Below are positions 15,492 to 25,234 of a stretch of DNA of 53,796 nucleotides, piece after piece. The translations under genes were made by a program, and so were the position numbers. Under the pieces are notes generated by a model. It ran no database searches. It worked only from the letters and a program-made list of their open reading frames with translations, and was not told where the DNA came from. Numbering within the stretch: position 1 is the first letter of the stretch; the number at the start of each line of letters is the position of its first letter. Source of the stretch: a virus (Duplodnaviria > Caudoviricetes); IMG/VR virus record IMGVR_UViG_3300027969_000133, positions 1-53,796 of that record; one strand, written 5' to 3'.

Positions 15492-17266
15492 GCAACAATC
15501 TCCACATCGTTGCTATAGCTAGTGAATCCGTTTTCTTTTATAACTCTTAACACATGATTCACCCTGCTAGTTAAGTCGTCTCTGTGACTGATTAAGAATA
15601 CATTCTTGTTTCTTTCACGAGTCATCTTCTTTAATACAGCAATACTTGACTCAACTCCTGATGCATCCATACCCGAATCTACTAATTCATCAATAAACAA
15701 CAGGTTAATAGCCTGATATAAGTTTTCCCATACATCACGGAACGCCCAACTTAGGCTTAGAATCAATCGATTGCGTTCACCACGACTTAGATTGTCAAAG
15801 TCTAGGTCTTGACCTAGTTGTGTAATAACAACACTTAGATCGTTTTGAAACTCTACAGTATGCGGAAGTCCGATACGATCTAGATAATATGTTAATCGTT
15901 GATTTAAGTAGGCTAGGTTCTGATCAATAATCCGCTTGCGAATAAAACTATCTTTGTTTGTTAACAGTTTATGCAAGAACTCTTGATGATCCTTGACACG
16001 AACTAGTTCGTTTAAGTGATTGTAATCAATGATCTGTACAGCAGTATGCTTCAACTCTTCAATCTGTTCAGTATAGGGATTAGTTTCGGCTGCTTTGATT
16101 TCTAAATCACGCTCAAAGCTGCTTAAAGTATTTTTATGATTCAGTGCCTGCTCAAGATTGTCGTAAGTTACTGTAGGCATGTCGCCTAAATCACCAAGTT
16201 CCTTAAGAGCATCAGTATGTTCCAACCATTGTGTATTAGTTGCCAATGCCTGTAGTGCTGCCTCTTGTAGATCTTTTCGTTTCTTTTCTAATAGTGCTAC
16301 TTGTTTGTCGTCGTGAAAGCCTTGGCCACAACTATGGCAAGTGTGATTTTCTAAACTAGCAATATCTGCCTTGAGCTTTTCTATATCTTTGGTTTCTCTA
16401 GCTTCGTCTAGTTCACAGCGTTTAATCCAACTAGTAATCTCGTTGATAGATTTACGCTTGGCATTGTAAATATCTAGTGCCCTATGTGCTAGAATCTCTT
16501 GATCAATGTCAATGTCCAACAATTTTTCAATAGCTCGTGCTAGATTTGTAACACTGACTTCATTCTGTTCAGTCCACATTTTAGCTTTGCGTTCTAGTGC
16601 ATCAATACTCTGTTGAATTCTGTCGTTACTAGAACGAATAGTTTCAATTTTTGTATTTTCAGTAACAATAGATTCTTTACTGCTTTTAATTTGTTCTTTC
16701 AGTGCTTCGGCTTTTTCACTTAGCTGTGTAATACCCAGCAGTTGTTCAATGATGGCTCGTTGATCAGCAGCCTTCATTGACAAGAAAGGTTCAGTATAGG
16801 TATTCAAGGCCACAAGATGCTTGAACATGTCATGGGTCATGCCAAATACATCTTCGATTTCTTTTTGTGTTTCTCTGCTGTCGCCTTGGCTTTCGTCTTG
16901 ATTTTTGTCTTCGTGTGCATGACCATTTACTGTAAACTTCAAGACATTGGGCTTACGGCCTCGTTCAATATGATAGTCTATACCGTCTTTTTCAAAACTC
17001 ACAGTAACCAACATGCCTTTGCTGTTAATTTTATTAACAAGGTTATCTTTCTTGATATTAGTTAGAGCATTGCCGTAGATAGCATAGCTAAGGCCGTTGA
17101 TGATGGTAGTTTTACCAGTACCATTACGAGCGCCGCTGTCATCACCACCTAGATCTAAGTTTTCACCTAAGACAAGAGTTAATTGTCCTTTGTCAAAGTC
17201 AATGGCCTGTGTCTGTGCGCCCACACTCATGAAATTGCGTACAGTTAAATTCTTAATTTTTATCAT
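15488..17266 (-). CDS. gp46: Recombination endonuclease ATPase subunit (gp46, Rad50/SbcC-like)
   Basis: Walker A NGTGKT, zinc hook CHSC, signature LSRGE, Walker B LFIDE, H-loop ISH. Confidence 0.95.
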   Translation of the reverse strand: MIKIKNLTVRNFMSVGAQTQAIDFDKGQLTLVLGENLDLGGDDSGARNGTGKTTIINGLSYAIYGNALTNIKKDNLVNKINSKGMLVTVSFEKDGIDYHIERGRKPNVLKFTVNGHAHEDKNQDESQGDSRETQKEIEDVFGMTHDMFKHLVALNTYTEPFLSMKAADQRAIIEQLLGITQLSEKAEALKEQIKSSKESIVTENTKIETIRSSNDRIQQSIDALERKAKMWTEQNEVSVTNLARAIEKLLDIDIDQEILAHRALDIYNAKRKSINEITSWIKRCELDEARETKDIEKLKADIASLENHTCHSCGQGFHDDKQVALLEKKRKDLQEAALQALATNTQWLEHTDALKELGDLGDMPTVTYDNLEQALNHKNTLSSFERDLEIKAAETNPYTEQIEELKHTAVQIIDYNHLNELVRVKDHQEFLHKLLTNKDSFIRKRIIDQNLAYLNQRLTYYLDRIGLPHTVEFQNDLSVVITQLGQDLDFDNLSRGERNRLILSLSWAFRDVWENLYQAINLLFIDELVDSGMDASGVESSIAVLKKMTRERNKNVFLISHRDDLTSRVNHVLRVIKENGFTSYSNDVEIVA

Positions 17267-18273
17267 AGTTCTCTATAGATCTCCAATAACAGACCTTTGT
17301 CAAAAGTATCGCTGTCAATGGCATTGATTTGATTCATAACAATTGTGTCAACTGATTCAAAGTTGATATCGATCGGAGCATTTCCGGATTCTATTTCTAC
17401 CTTTTCTGGAATCAGCATAAGTTCTCGTAACTTATACTGTGGCATGAATGTTTCTTTAATGAAGTTTGCTTCTTCAAAACTAATAGGCAAGTCGATAGTC
17501 ACACGGCAATGCATACGCTCTCGTAACAACTCGTCTGGACGATCAATAATCTGACTTAGTTTGTATGTTCTAAAAGTAGGCTGACCGGGCCAAGTATGAT
17601 ACTCGGGCTTACCACCCCATTCTAACAACATCATACCGCGGTCATCATCTCCGGCATCTGCATAGTTGTGCGGAAAGCAATTGCCAATATAAGTAATGCT
17701 GCCTTTGCTTTGACGCTTGTGGAAGTGACCGCTGAACACATATTCTTGATTAATAAAGTGATCGCTTTGTAACTGTCCGTGATCGGGCATTTGCACCATG
17801 GCGTTCATCATGAACAATGGCAGTTCTAGGTGACCAAAGATATAACGACTTTGAATCTTAGACACGCTGCGCCATTCATCACCCACCAGCCACGGCATGA
17901 TAGTTACATCACCCGCAGTCATAGTTTCATTTACTAATTCAATGTTAGGAAACAGTCTGGCAAACTCAAGACTGTGAATTTCACGCTTGTCTTTGTAAAA
18001 CTCATCGTGATTGCCTAGAATAACATAGACCTTTTCAAAAGATTTACTCAGCCGTTCTAGGTTGGACACCGTATAATTCATCGTAGATACATCTGTGGTA
18101 TTACGATTATGGTGCCAGTCGCCTAGAAAGATGCAGGTTTCTGCACCTTCTGCAATGGCAGTATCACAAAACCAATTTACAAAATCTTCGCAGTCTTGGT
18201 TATGTGTACGGCTTCCTGATTTTAATCCGAAATGTATATCGGTGAAACAAGCTACTTTTTTGAATAATGACAT
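17263..18273 (-). CDS. gp47: Recombination endonuclease nuclease subunit (gp47, Mre11/SbcD-like)
   Basis: Metallophosphoesterase motifs DIHFG, GDWHH, GNHD, GHLE and SGHFH; adjacent to gp46. Confidence 0.95.
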   Translation of the reverse strand: MSLFKKVACFTDIHFGLKSGSRTHNQDCEDFVNWFCDTAIAEGAETCIFLGDWHHNRNTTDVSTMNYTVSNLERLSKSFEKVYVILGNHDEFYKDKREIHSLEFARLFPNIELVNETMTAGDVTIMPWLVGDEWRSVSKIQSRYIFGHLELPLFMMNAMVQMPDHGQLQSDHFINQEYVFSGHFHKRQSKGSITYIGNCFPHNYADAGDDDRGMMLLEWGGKPEYHTWPGQPTFRTYKLSQIIDRPDELLRERMHCRVTIDLPISFEEANFIKETFMPQYKLRELMLIPEKVEIESGNAPIDINFESVDTIVMNQINAIDSDTFDKGLLLEIYREL

Positions 18274-18288
18274 AGAATCTCCTTAGTT

Positions 18289-18317
18289 AGTTTAACAACA
18301 TTTAACTCTAAGGTCAA
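18289..18317 (-). promoter_or_regulatory. Sigma70-like promoter TTGACC-N17-TAAACT with extended TG
   Basis: Exact 17-nt spacing, followed by TAAGGAG RBS and the gp47 ATG. Confidence 0.7.
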
Positions 18318-19198
18318 TCCCAATCACCGCCACCTTCGCCAGAACTTGCTCCAGTCCCGCCACCGTATGTTCCAGACCCACCACTGTTCTGTCTAGTCCA
18401 ACTTGGGTTCATTCCGTTCATTTCTAGAATATCGTCTCGAATGTTTTGATTGCGTTTCTCAATGTTGATAATTCTAACGAATGAATTAGTGACAGCAGCA
18501 GTATAGTAAGCAAAAGGATTATCAGATTTTGATTCATCGAATTGTAAACCTATTTGAGTAAGTTGTAAAATAGCCTGTCCACGCATTTCGTCATTGTAGG
18601 TGTAGCCACGAACATTGCCACGAGTAGCATATCTTTCACAGAGTTTTAAAAACATACGAGCTAGATTGTTAGTCATCTTGCCGTGTTCTTTGTTAAACTC
18701 ACCGGTGTCTAACGGACCCTTCCAGTGGCTCTTGCCTACTAGTATTAAATTATCATTGTCGTCAAACTTCCAATGTTGAAAGGGCGGAAAGTTTACTTTG
18801 TCATGACTGTCGGCAGTATTCTTCAGAGTCTTTTTACGACCCGGTGCTAACGGAATATGTTCAAAAGTCATGATGCGGAACACAACATCTACTTTTTTAA
18901 TTGTTTTATAATCTACTTCGAACTCTTTTGCAGGCAGCTTTTTACCGCCTGTTATCACTGCCAGTTCGTGAGCTCGTTTGCTTAGTCGAGAAGCTTGATT
19001 TCTTTTTGCTTCAGCAATTGTTCTAACATTTATTTTGCTGATATTTGGCAAAATTAAATCATACTCACTGTAGTCGGGACTTGTAAAACTACAGTATGTA
19101 TTTTTGCTTAGATGTATTTCTCGTAGTAGATCTTTGTTGGTTAAGTACTTGATTTTAGGTGGTTGCGCACTGATTGTCATAGTTATAGGGTTCTCCAT
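18314..19198 (-). CDS. gp55: Late-transcription sigma factor (gp55-like)
   Basis: YLTNKDLL, GYTYNDEM, FDESKSDNPFAYYT and F.R.I..EKR motifs; T4 order 55-47-46. Start may be 19180. Confidence 0.92.
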   Translation of the reverse strand: MENPITMTISAQPPKIKYLTNKDLLREIHLSKNTYCSFTSPDYSEYDLILPNISKINVRTIAEAKRNQASRLSKRAHELAVITGGKKLPAKEFEVDYKTIKKVDVVFRIMTFEHIPLAPGRKKTLKNTADSHDKVNFPPFQHWKFDDNDNLILVGKSHWKGPLDTGEFNKEHGKMTNNLARMFLKLCERYATRGNVRGYTYNDEMRGQAILQLTQIGLQFDESKSDNPFAYYTAAVTNSFVRIINIEKRNQNIRDDILEMNGMNPSWTRQNSGGSGTYGGGTGASSGEGGGDWD

Positions 19199-19226
19199 TA
19201 CTTATATAATAACACATTTTGTCAAG

Positions 19227-19234
19227 AATAAATA
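19227..19234 (+). promoter_or_regulatory. Candidate late promoter AATAAATA heading the baseplate operon
   Basis: Upstream of the AAGGA RBS and ATG at 19255. Confidence 0.65.
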
Positions 19235-19254
19235 GACTAAAAGGAATATTTCTT

Positions 19255-20283
19255 ATGGGTCTTTCGCTCAATCCGTTCTCCTCAATTCTTAGTTCAGCTA
19301 AGAGTGCAGTCAGCTCTGTTACCAATCAATTTGGCGGCGGCTTCGGTAGTGGCGGCATGAATGCCGGCATGCGTGGCCTTGAAGATACCGTTAACCAACT
19401 AGGTGGTGGCATAGGTTCGTCGTTAAACGGCCTCAGCGCAGGCGGGTTTGGTGATATAGGCACCGCATTAAAAGGCATAGGTAGTATTAGTAATGTTGCC
19501 GGCGACATAGGAAGAAGCATCAACAGTGTAGGAATTGGGGGTGCAATAGGTAGCTTAGGCGGAATAGCTAGTGCTATTTCCTCAGGTGCAGGCCAGCTTA
19601 ATAATATACTTAGCTTGTTTAGAGGTAAAAACTTACCAGCAAGCGGTGAGCAGTTTGAACAACGGGGATCTTTTGTAGAACTACAATCAGGCAATGCCGA
19701 AGACTGGCGTGTTAGAATCAACTGCAACTTTGGGTTATTTGGCGAAGGAGCATTTAGCTTACTACAAGACACCAACGGTGTAGTTTGGCCTTATAATCCG
19801 TCAATTACTATTGCTACTAAAGCTAACTATTCGCCGTTAGAACCGGTACACAACAACTATACCATGTGGGCTTATAAAAATAGTTCAGTTGAAGATATAC
19901 AAATTTCTGGAGAATTTAGCTGTGAAACAAATGAAGATGCGGCCTACTGGATACAGGCAACAACATTCTTTAAAGCCTCTACAAAAATGTTTTTTGGTAA
20001 AAGCACCAACGCCGGAAACCCCCCAATTATTTGCAACCTAAGCGGTTACGGTCCCGGGGTGTTGAATTCTATCCCAGTTATAGTAAAACAGTTTTCAGTT
20101 GAACTACCCGAAGATGTAAATTACATTAAATGTACTTCTAATAATTTTGGTCAAGCTACTTGGGTTCCTATTCTAAGTAAAATTTCTGTTACAGTATCTC
20201 CTATATACAATAGAAGCAAGCTCCGTCAATTCAGCCTACAAGAATATGCATCAGGCTCAATGAGCACCAAGGGATATATCTAA
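19255..20283 (+). CDS. Baseplate/tail-tube initiator-like protein (gp48/gp54-like)
   Basis: Gly-rich N-half, then WPYNPSIT, IQISGEF, PPII..L.GYG; first gene of the baseplate operon, before a gp53-like gene. Confidence 0.6.
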   Translation: MGLSLNPFSSILSSAKSAVSSVTNQFGGGFGSGGMNAGMRGLEDTVNQLGGGIGSSLNGLSAGGFGDIGTALKGIGSISNVAGDIGRSINSVGIGGAIGSLGGIASAISSGAGQLNNILSLFRGKNLPASGEQFEQRGSFVELQSGNAEDWRVRINCNFGLFGEGAFSLLQDTNGVVWPYNPSITIATKANYSPLEPVHNNYTMWAYKNSSVEDIQISGEFSCETNEDAAYWIQATTFFKASTKMFFGKSTNAGNPPIICNLSGYGPGVLNSIPVIVKQFSVELPEDVNYIKCTSNNFGQATWVPILSKISVTVSPIYNRSKLRQFSLQEYASGSMSTKGYI

Positions 20284-20286
20284 TAT

Positions 20287-20604
20287 ATGGCAACGCAATC
20301 TAACACAGTCAAATACAAAAAAACTAGCCCCTGGGCTACGACCAAACAGAATAGATTATATCTTGACATACTGTCAATTCGCCCAGTGCCTGCAGAAAGT
20401 GATGACTTCAAATATGTGATTGAAAATCAATATCGAAATAGGCCCGATTTACTGGCCTTTGATCTTTACGGAGACCCAAAGTTGTGGTGGGTGTTTGTAC
20501 AAAGAAATATGGATGTTATCAAAGATCCAATCTATGACTTTGAACCAGGAACAGTTATTTTTATTCCTAAGAAATCAAATCTACAAAATTACTTAGGAAT
20601 ATAA
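20287..20604 (+). CDS. gp53: Baseplate wedge protein (gp53-like, LysM-type)
   Basis: RPDLLAFDLYGDPKLWWVF...N...DP...G..I.IP. Confidence 0.85.
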   Translation: MATQSNTVKYKKTSPWATTKQNRLYLDILSIRPVPAESDDFKYVIENQYRNRPDLLAFDLYGDPKLWWVFVQRNMDVIKDPIYDFEPGTVIFIPKKSNLQNYLGI

Positions 20605-20605
20605 T

Positions 20606-22990
20606 ATGTGGGATGATATAGGATATTCTGGCAGCACTTACGAAGACGACCCAGGAGTAAAAAACATTCCGGAAGGGGTTGCATCAGTTGTAACAGGTGC
20701 CACTGAAGCATTAGCCAGTTGCAATATCAGTGACTTTGCTAAATTACCAGCTATTGACTTTTACAGTCTTGCCGGGTTTCAGCAACAATCAAATGCCGGC
20801 GGCCCGCCATATGAAAATATCCTTGAACAATTTGCATCATACACTCCCCTGTGGACATTAGCTTGCCTTACTCCAAATCAGTTTAATGATCCTAGTTTGT
20901 ATCGTGGAAGACCGGGTGCGTTACAAAATGTAGTATTTTCTTCAGCAGGCCGATTTGCCGGTCAGAGAGCACAAACTATTGTTGGGGCACCTGAATATTT
21001 TGTTAACAATTTTGACATGAAGATGACCTTGGCCGCTACCAAAGCCAGCGGCTCAACTAATGTTATTACTTTTGCCTGGGAAGTCTTTGAACCTTATTCA
21101 ATGGGTTATTTTATTCACAGTTTACAAGCTTCGGCTATTAGTGCAGGTTATCCTAATTACAACGGAACTCCATATCTATTAAAATTAGAATTTGTTGGAC
21201 ATAAAGACAACGGACAAATGTTTGGCAGCAGTGAAGCACTGAACAAATATTTTGTTATACAATTTAAATCCGTTAATTTTACAACCAACGAAGGTGGTAG
21301 CACATACAAATGCGAAGCAGTACCTTGTAACCATTTAGGATTCACTAATGTTGCGCAACAGATAGTAAACAACATTAAACTTCGCGGAGAAAACATCAAA
21401 GAAATGTTAGTAGCTGGAAATACCAGCCTATGCAAAATTCTTAATAAAGAACAGTTAGATCAGGTAGGAAAAACACAAGACACCGCAGATCAGTATATTG
21501 TTGTCTTTCCAGAAAAATGGAACGACCCCATCGGCTTACCAGGTGCTGGCGCTGAACAGTTTGAAACTGAGCAACGAGCAATAGTCAATCCTCAAGAACC
21601 TGATTCTGCGCCCATTAAAGGAAGAACTGGTCAAGATTCACAAAGCTACGGTGACGGTATTATCGGAAATAGTAGTCTAGGATTTGGAGCCACTTCCGGC
21701 GGTAATATAAATTTTGGATTTGAAAATGATGTCACTGACGAAGCCACAGGTCTAATTAAAAGAAATTCGTTAACCATTGATCCTAAACAACGAGAGTTTT
21801 CTTTTGAAGCCGGAGCCACAATTCAAAACGTCATCCAAGAAGTTATACTAAGTTCCGACTATGCAAAAAATGCCCTTGACCCGGCAAAGTTAGACAGCGA
21901 AGGAAGAATAAGTTGGTTTAGAGTAGATGTACAACTTAAGATTGGAAATTATGATCTTAAGAGAAATTGTCGCCAGCGAACCTATATTTTTAGAGTGTTG
22001 CCCTTTAAAGTCCACTCTAGCGTGTTTAGAAATCCCACAGCTAATCCTCCGGGATATCCAGGCCTTAATAAAATTATTGGAAAAGAATACAAATACATCT
22101 ACACAGGTCAAAATAATGATGTTCTAAAATTTGACATACAAGTTAATCAATTATTCCACACAGGTAAACAGCCTACTCTAGCGGAAAAAAGCGGATCAGT
22201 GGTTGCAACTGCAACTTCTCAGACAAAAGAAGACAAAGACCAAAAATATGAAGTTCCTGATTCTGATTCAGCAGATGCTTCTACTACTGTAGATAGTTCT
22301 CCTGCTTTTGGCGATATAAATGTGACTAAACAAACAACTAAAGGTGGATCTGGTGCGCAGGACGTAGCTAGACGAGTTGCAGAAACACTAAAGAATGCCA
22401 TTCTAAATCAAGGCACTGGCGACATGACCAAGATTAGTCTAGATATTATTGGCGACCCTTATTGGATCAGTGACAGCGGCATGGGTAACTATTTAGGCGA
22501 TGAATACGACGGACAGCCCTATCTTATGAGAGACGCCGGCGGTAGTGTAAATTATCAAGGAGCGGATACTCACATAAGAATAATTTTTAGAACTCCAATA
22601 GAACCTAATCTTGGCACCTCAGGAGTAGGAGGACTGTATAATTTTCCACCTAACGAACCAATTAATCCCTACAGCGGAATTTATAAGGTTCTTTATGTAA
22701 CTAATAAATTCAGCGACGGAAAATTTACGCAATCAATAGAAGCCACTCGTATGCCTAATCAGCCACAGGACTACGATCCTTACAAAGGACCAAGTAAAAA
22801 CCCATTTGCGGCCGATACCAGCAAACAAGACAGGCCAGCTATTGGTGTTAATGATGATGCTCCTGAGATTGTCAGTGTAAATGCGGACGGATATTCGATC
22901 GGTATTGATGTTATAAACGACGAAACAGGTGAAGTAAGTAATTTAAAACGCAACCCCGAAACAGGGGAGCTATATGACCCAGGAACATAA
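20606..22990 (+). CDS. Baseplate hub protein (gp27/late control D-like)
   Basis: Located between gp53 and gp5; C-terminal LDIIGDP and YSGIYKVLYVTNKFSDGKFTQSI are typical of hub proteins. Confidence 0.65.
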   Translation: MWDDIGYSGSTYEDDPGVKNIPEGVASVVTGATEALASCNISDFAKLPAIDFYSLAGFQQQSNAGGPPYENILEQFASYTPLWTLACLTPNQFNDPSLYRGRPGALQNVVFSSAGRFAGQRAQTIVGAPEYFVNNFDMKMTLAATKASGSTNVITFAWEVFEPYSMGYFIHSLQASAISAGYPNYNGTPYLLKLEFVGHKDNGQMFGSSEALNKYFVIQFKSVNFTTNEGGSTYKCEAVPCNHLGFTNVAQQIVNNIKLRGENIKEMLVAGNTSLCKILNKEQLDQVGKTQDTADQYIVVFPEKWNDPIGLPGAGAEQFETEQRAIVNPQEPDSAPIKGRTGQDSQSYGDGIIGNSSLGFGATSGGNINFGFENDVTDEATGLIKRNSLTIDPKQREFSFEAGATIQNVIQEVILSSDYAKNALDPAKLDSEGRISWFRVDVQLKIGNYDLKRNCRQRTYIFRVLPFKVHSSVFRNPTANPPGYPGLNKIIGKEYKYIYTGQNNDVLKFDIQVNQLFHTGKQPTLAEKSGSVVATATSQTKEDKDQKYEVPDSDSADASTTVDSSPAFGDINVTKQTTKGGSGAQDVARRVAETLKNAILNQGTGDMTKISLDIIGDPYWISDSGMGNYLGDEYDGQPYLMRDAGGSVNYQGADTHIRIIFRTPIEPNLGTSGVGGLYNFPPNEPINPYSGIYKVLYVTNKFSDGKFTQSIEATRMPNQPQDYDPYKGPSKNPFAADTSKQDRPAIGVNDDAPEIVSVNADGYSIGIDVINDETGEVSNLKRNPETGELYDPGT

Positions 22991-24751
22991 ATGGCACAAG
23001 TAAAAAGAGAATCAGCAGATAAACCAAGTGATATTTCAGGAGGCCCCTATCTTGCTAAAATCATCAGTCACTTAGATCCTACATTTATGGGAGGCCTAGA
23101 AGTTACTCTTCTAAGACCAGATGGTAATTCTATTGGCGAAGGTGGTCAAACCTATCCAGTAAGATATGCTAGTCCATTTGCCGGACAAACAGCTTTTGAA
23201 TTTCAAGGATACAATGAAGATGACTTTAACGACACACAAAAAAGTTACGGTTTTTGGTTTGTGCCACCTGATGTAGGAAATACGGTATTGGTATTTTTTA
23301 TTGAAGGTGATCCTAGCCAAGGATTTTGGATGGGCTGTGTTCCTGACAAATTTTCAACTCACATGGTTCCAGGTATTGCAGCCAGTAGGGCTGTGGCCTT
23401 TGCCGAAGGTGAACAAGAAAAGTATGACACTGGATTGGTACCAGTTGCTGAAGTAAATCGTCGTGCAAGCACTTTAGAAGAAGGCACAGAAGTTGATAAA
23501 GTCAAACGAGCAGTACATCCTATTGCAGACCATTTTTTAGAAGAAGGTTTATTAGAAGATGATATTAGGGGTATAACACGATCTACTAGCCGTAGAAATG
23601 TACCTAGCAGTGTTTATGGCATTTCAACACCGGGACCATTAGATCGAAGAAATGGTGCGAAGAAATCATTTATTGGAAAATCAGATAGTCAAAGTCCAGT
23701 ACCTGTGCCTGTGAGTAGATTAGGCGGAAGCCAGTTTGTCATGGATGACGGCGACGACCGTTATCAGCGTAGAACTAATGCTAGCGAAGGCGGCTACGAT
23801 TATGCAGATACCTTAGACGGCGACGCCGGTGAACCAGCAATACCGGCCGACGAATATATTAGACTGCGCACAAGAACAGGGCACCAACTATTATTACACA
23901 CCAGTGAAGATTTGATCTATATAGGCAATAGTAAAGGAACTAGTTGGATTGAAATGACCAGTGACGGTAAAATTGATATTTTTGCAGAAGACAGCATTAG
24001 TATCCACACCAAGCAAGATTTTAATTTTTACGCTGATCGTGATTTTAACTTTGAAGCCGGACGAAATATCAATATGAAAGCTTCTGCGGTACACGAAACA
24101 GGTGGTGGTAACTTCCGTGTAGATACAGAAGCCAACACTAGATTTTTTGTCAAAGGTGATACAAAAATTACCACAGAAGGTGAAGTACACATTGCTACAT
24201 TAATGGACAATCATATAACTTCTGTAATGAATAATAACTTTAAAAGTATTTTGAGTACCTATATTCAGTCTAGTTTAGATACCCATGTTAAAGCCGGAAC
24301 CAGCGTTAATATTCAATCTGGTACAGGTATGGATATTAAATCCGGCACAGCAATGCAGGTTACCGCAGGAGGAAGCGGTAGTTGGGGAGCAGCAGACTTA
24401 ACTTTCTCTGGTGGAACAATAGACCTTAATGGTCCTGACGCCCCAGCTGCCGGTGCAGCAACAAAAGCAACAGCAGCTACTCCTACACTAGCATTAGGAA
24501 TTAACGGAAATGTAGTAATTAATCCAGCAGCAGCCGAATGGGTAGGTGCAAGATATAATACAGAAACTCCTTTAGAAAGCATCATGTTCAGAATACCCAT
24601 GCACGAGCCATGGCCAAATCATGAGAACTTAGGTCCGCTTTCTTGGAAGCCCGATCTAACTGATAGAGAACAAGCCGGCGGCGGCGAAGACGGAGCAGCA
24701 GCAGGTGGCGACGAAGGTGGCGAAGAAGACGCCGGACCAGAGGAGTTATAA
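22991..24751 (+). CDS. gp5: Baseplate central spike (gp5/VgrG-like)
   Basis: OB-fold motif GFWFVPPDVGNTVLVFFIEGD, RTRTGHQ, beta-helix repeats, IDLNGP, RIPMHEPW. Confidence 0.85.
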   Translation: MAQVKRESADKPSDISGGPYLAKIISHLDPTFMGGLEVTLLRPDGNSIGEGGQTYPVRYASPFAGQTAFEFQGYNEDDFNDTQKSYGFWFVPPDVGNTVLVFFIEGDPSQGFWMGCVPDKFSTHMVPGIAASRAVAFAEGEQEKYDTGLVPVAEVNRRASTLEEGTEVDKVKRAVHPIADHFLEEGLLEDDIRGITRSTSRRNVPSSVYGISTPGPLDRRNGAKKSFIGKSDSQSPVPVPVSRLGGSQFVMDDGDDRYQRRTNASEGGYDYADTLDGDAGEPAIPADEYIRLRTRTGHQLLLHTSEDLIYIGNSKGTSWIEMTSDGKIDIFAEDSISIHTKQDFNFYADRDFNFEAGRNINMKASAVHETGGGNFRVDTEANTRFFVKGDTKITTEGEVHIATLMDNHITSVMNNNFKSILSTYIQSSLDTHVKAGTSVNIQSGTGMDIKSGTAMQVTAGGSGSWGAADLTFSGGTIDLNGPDAPAAGAATKATAATPTLALGINGNVVINPAAAEWVGARYNTETPLESIMFRIPMHEPWPNHENLGPLSWKPDLTDREQAGGGEDGAAAGGDEGGEEDAGPEEL

Positions 24752-24754
24752 AAT

Positions 24755-25189
24755 ATGGCAAAACTATACAATCAACAATCAGTAGCAACTAACAAAGCTA
24801 CTACCGCTCAGACCAGTTCTAGTTTTAGATACAAGGGTTTTAGTTCTAACGAAACTAAAAACAATTTTAAACTCTATGATATCGATCTAGTTAAACGAGA
24901 TCTAATGAATCACTTTTACATTCGCAAGGGTGAGAAATTAGAAAATCCCAACTTTGGCACAATCATTTGGGATATGTTGTTTGAAAACTTTACCTCAGAA
25001 GTTCGTAGATTGATCACAGAAGATGTTGAACAAATCATCAATTACGATCCAAGAGTTAAGGTCAATGCATTGACAATTGACAGTACAGACCAAGGCATTA
25101 GAATACAAGCAGATGTTGTTTATCTGCCGTTTAATGTCAACGAGCGCATGACTTTTGACTTTGACAAGACAAACAATATAGTAAACTGA
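24755..25189 (+). CDS. gp25: Baseplate wedge protein / sheath initiator (gp25)
   Basis: DLVKRDLMNHF.IRKGEKLENPNFG...LFE...YDPRV. Confidence 0.92.
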   Translation: MAKLYNQQSVATNKATTAQTSSSFRYKGFSSNETKNNFKLYDIDLVKRDLMNHFYIRKGEKLENPNFGTIIWDMLFENFTSEVRRLITEDVEQIINYDPRVKVNALTIDSTDQGIRIQADVVYLPFNVNERMTFDFDKTNNIVN

Positions 25190-25206
25190 CCGGTTTATTT
25201 TTTAGG

Positions 25207-25213
25207 GTAAATA
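25207..25213 (+). promoter_or_regulatory. Candidate late promoter GTAAATA
   Basis: TAAATA core in the intergenic gap before gp6. Confidence 0.55.
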
Positions 25214-25234
25214 TGTGATAGGGCAAGAAAAACA

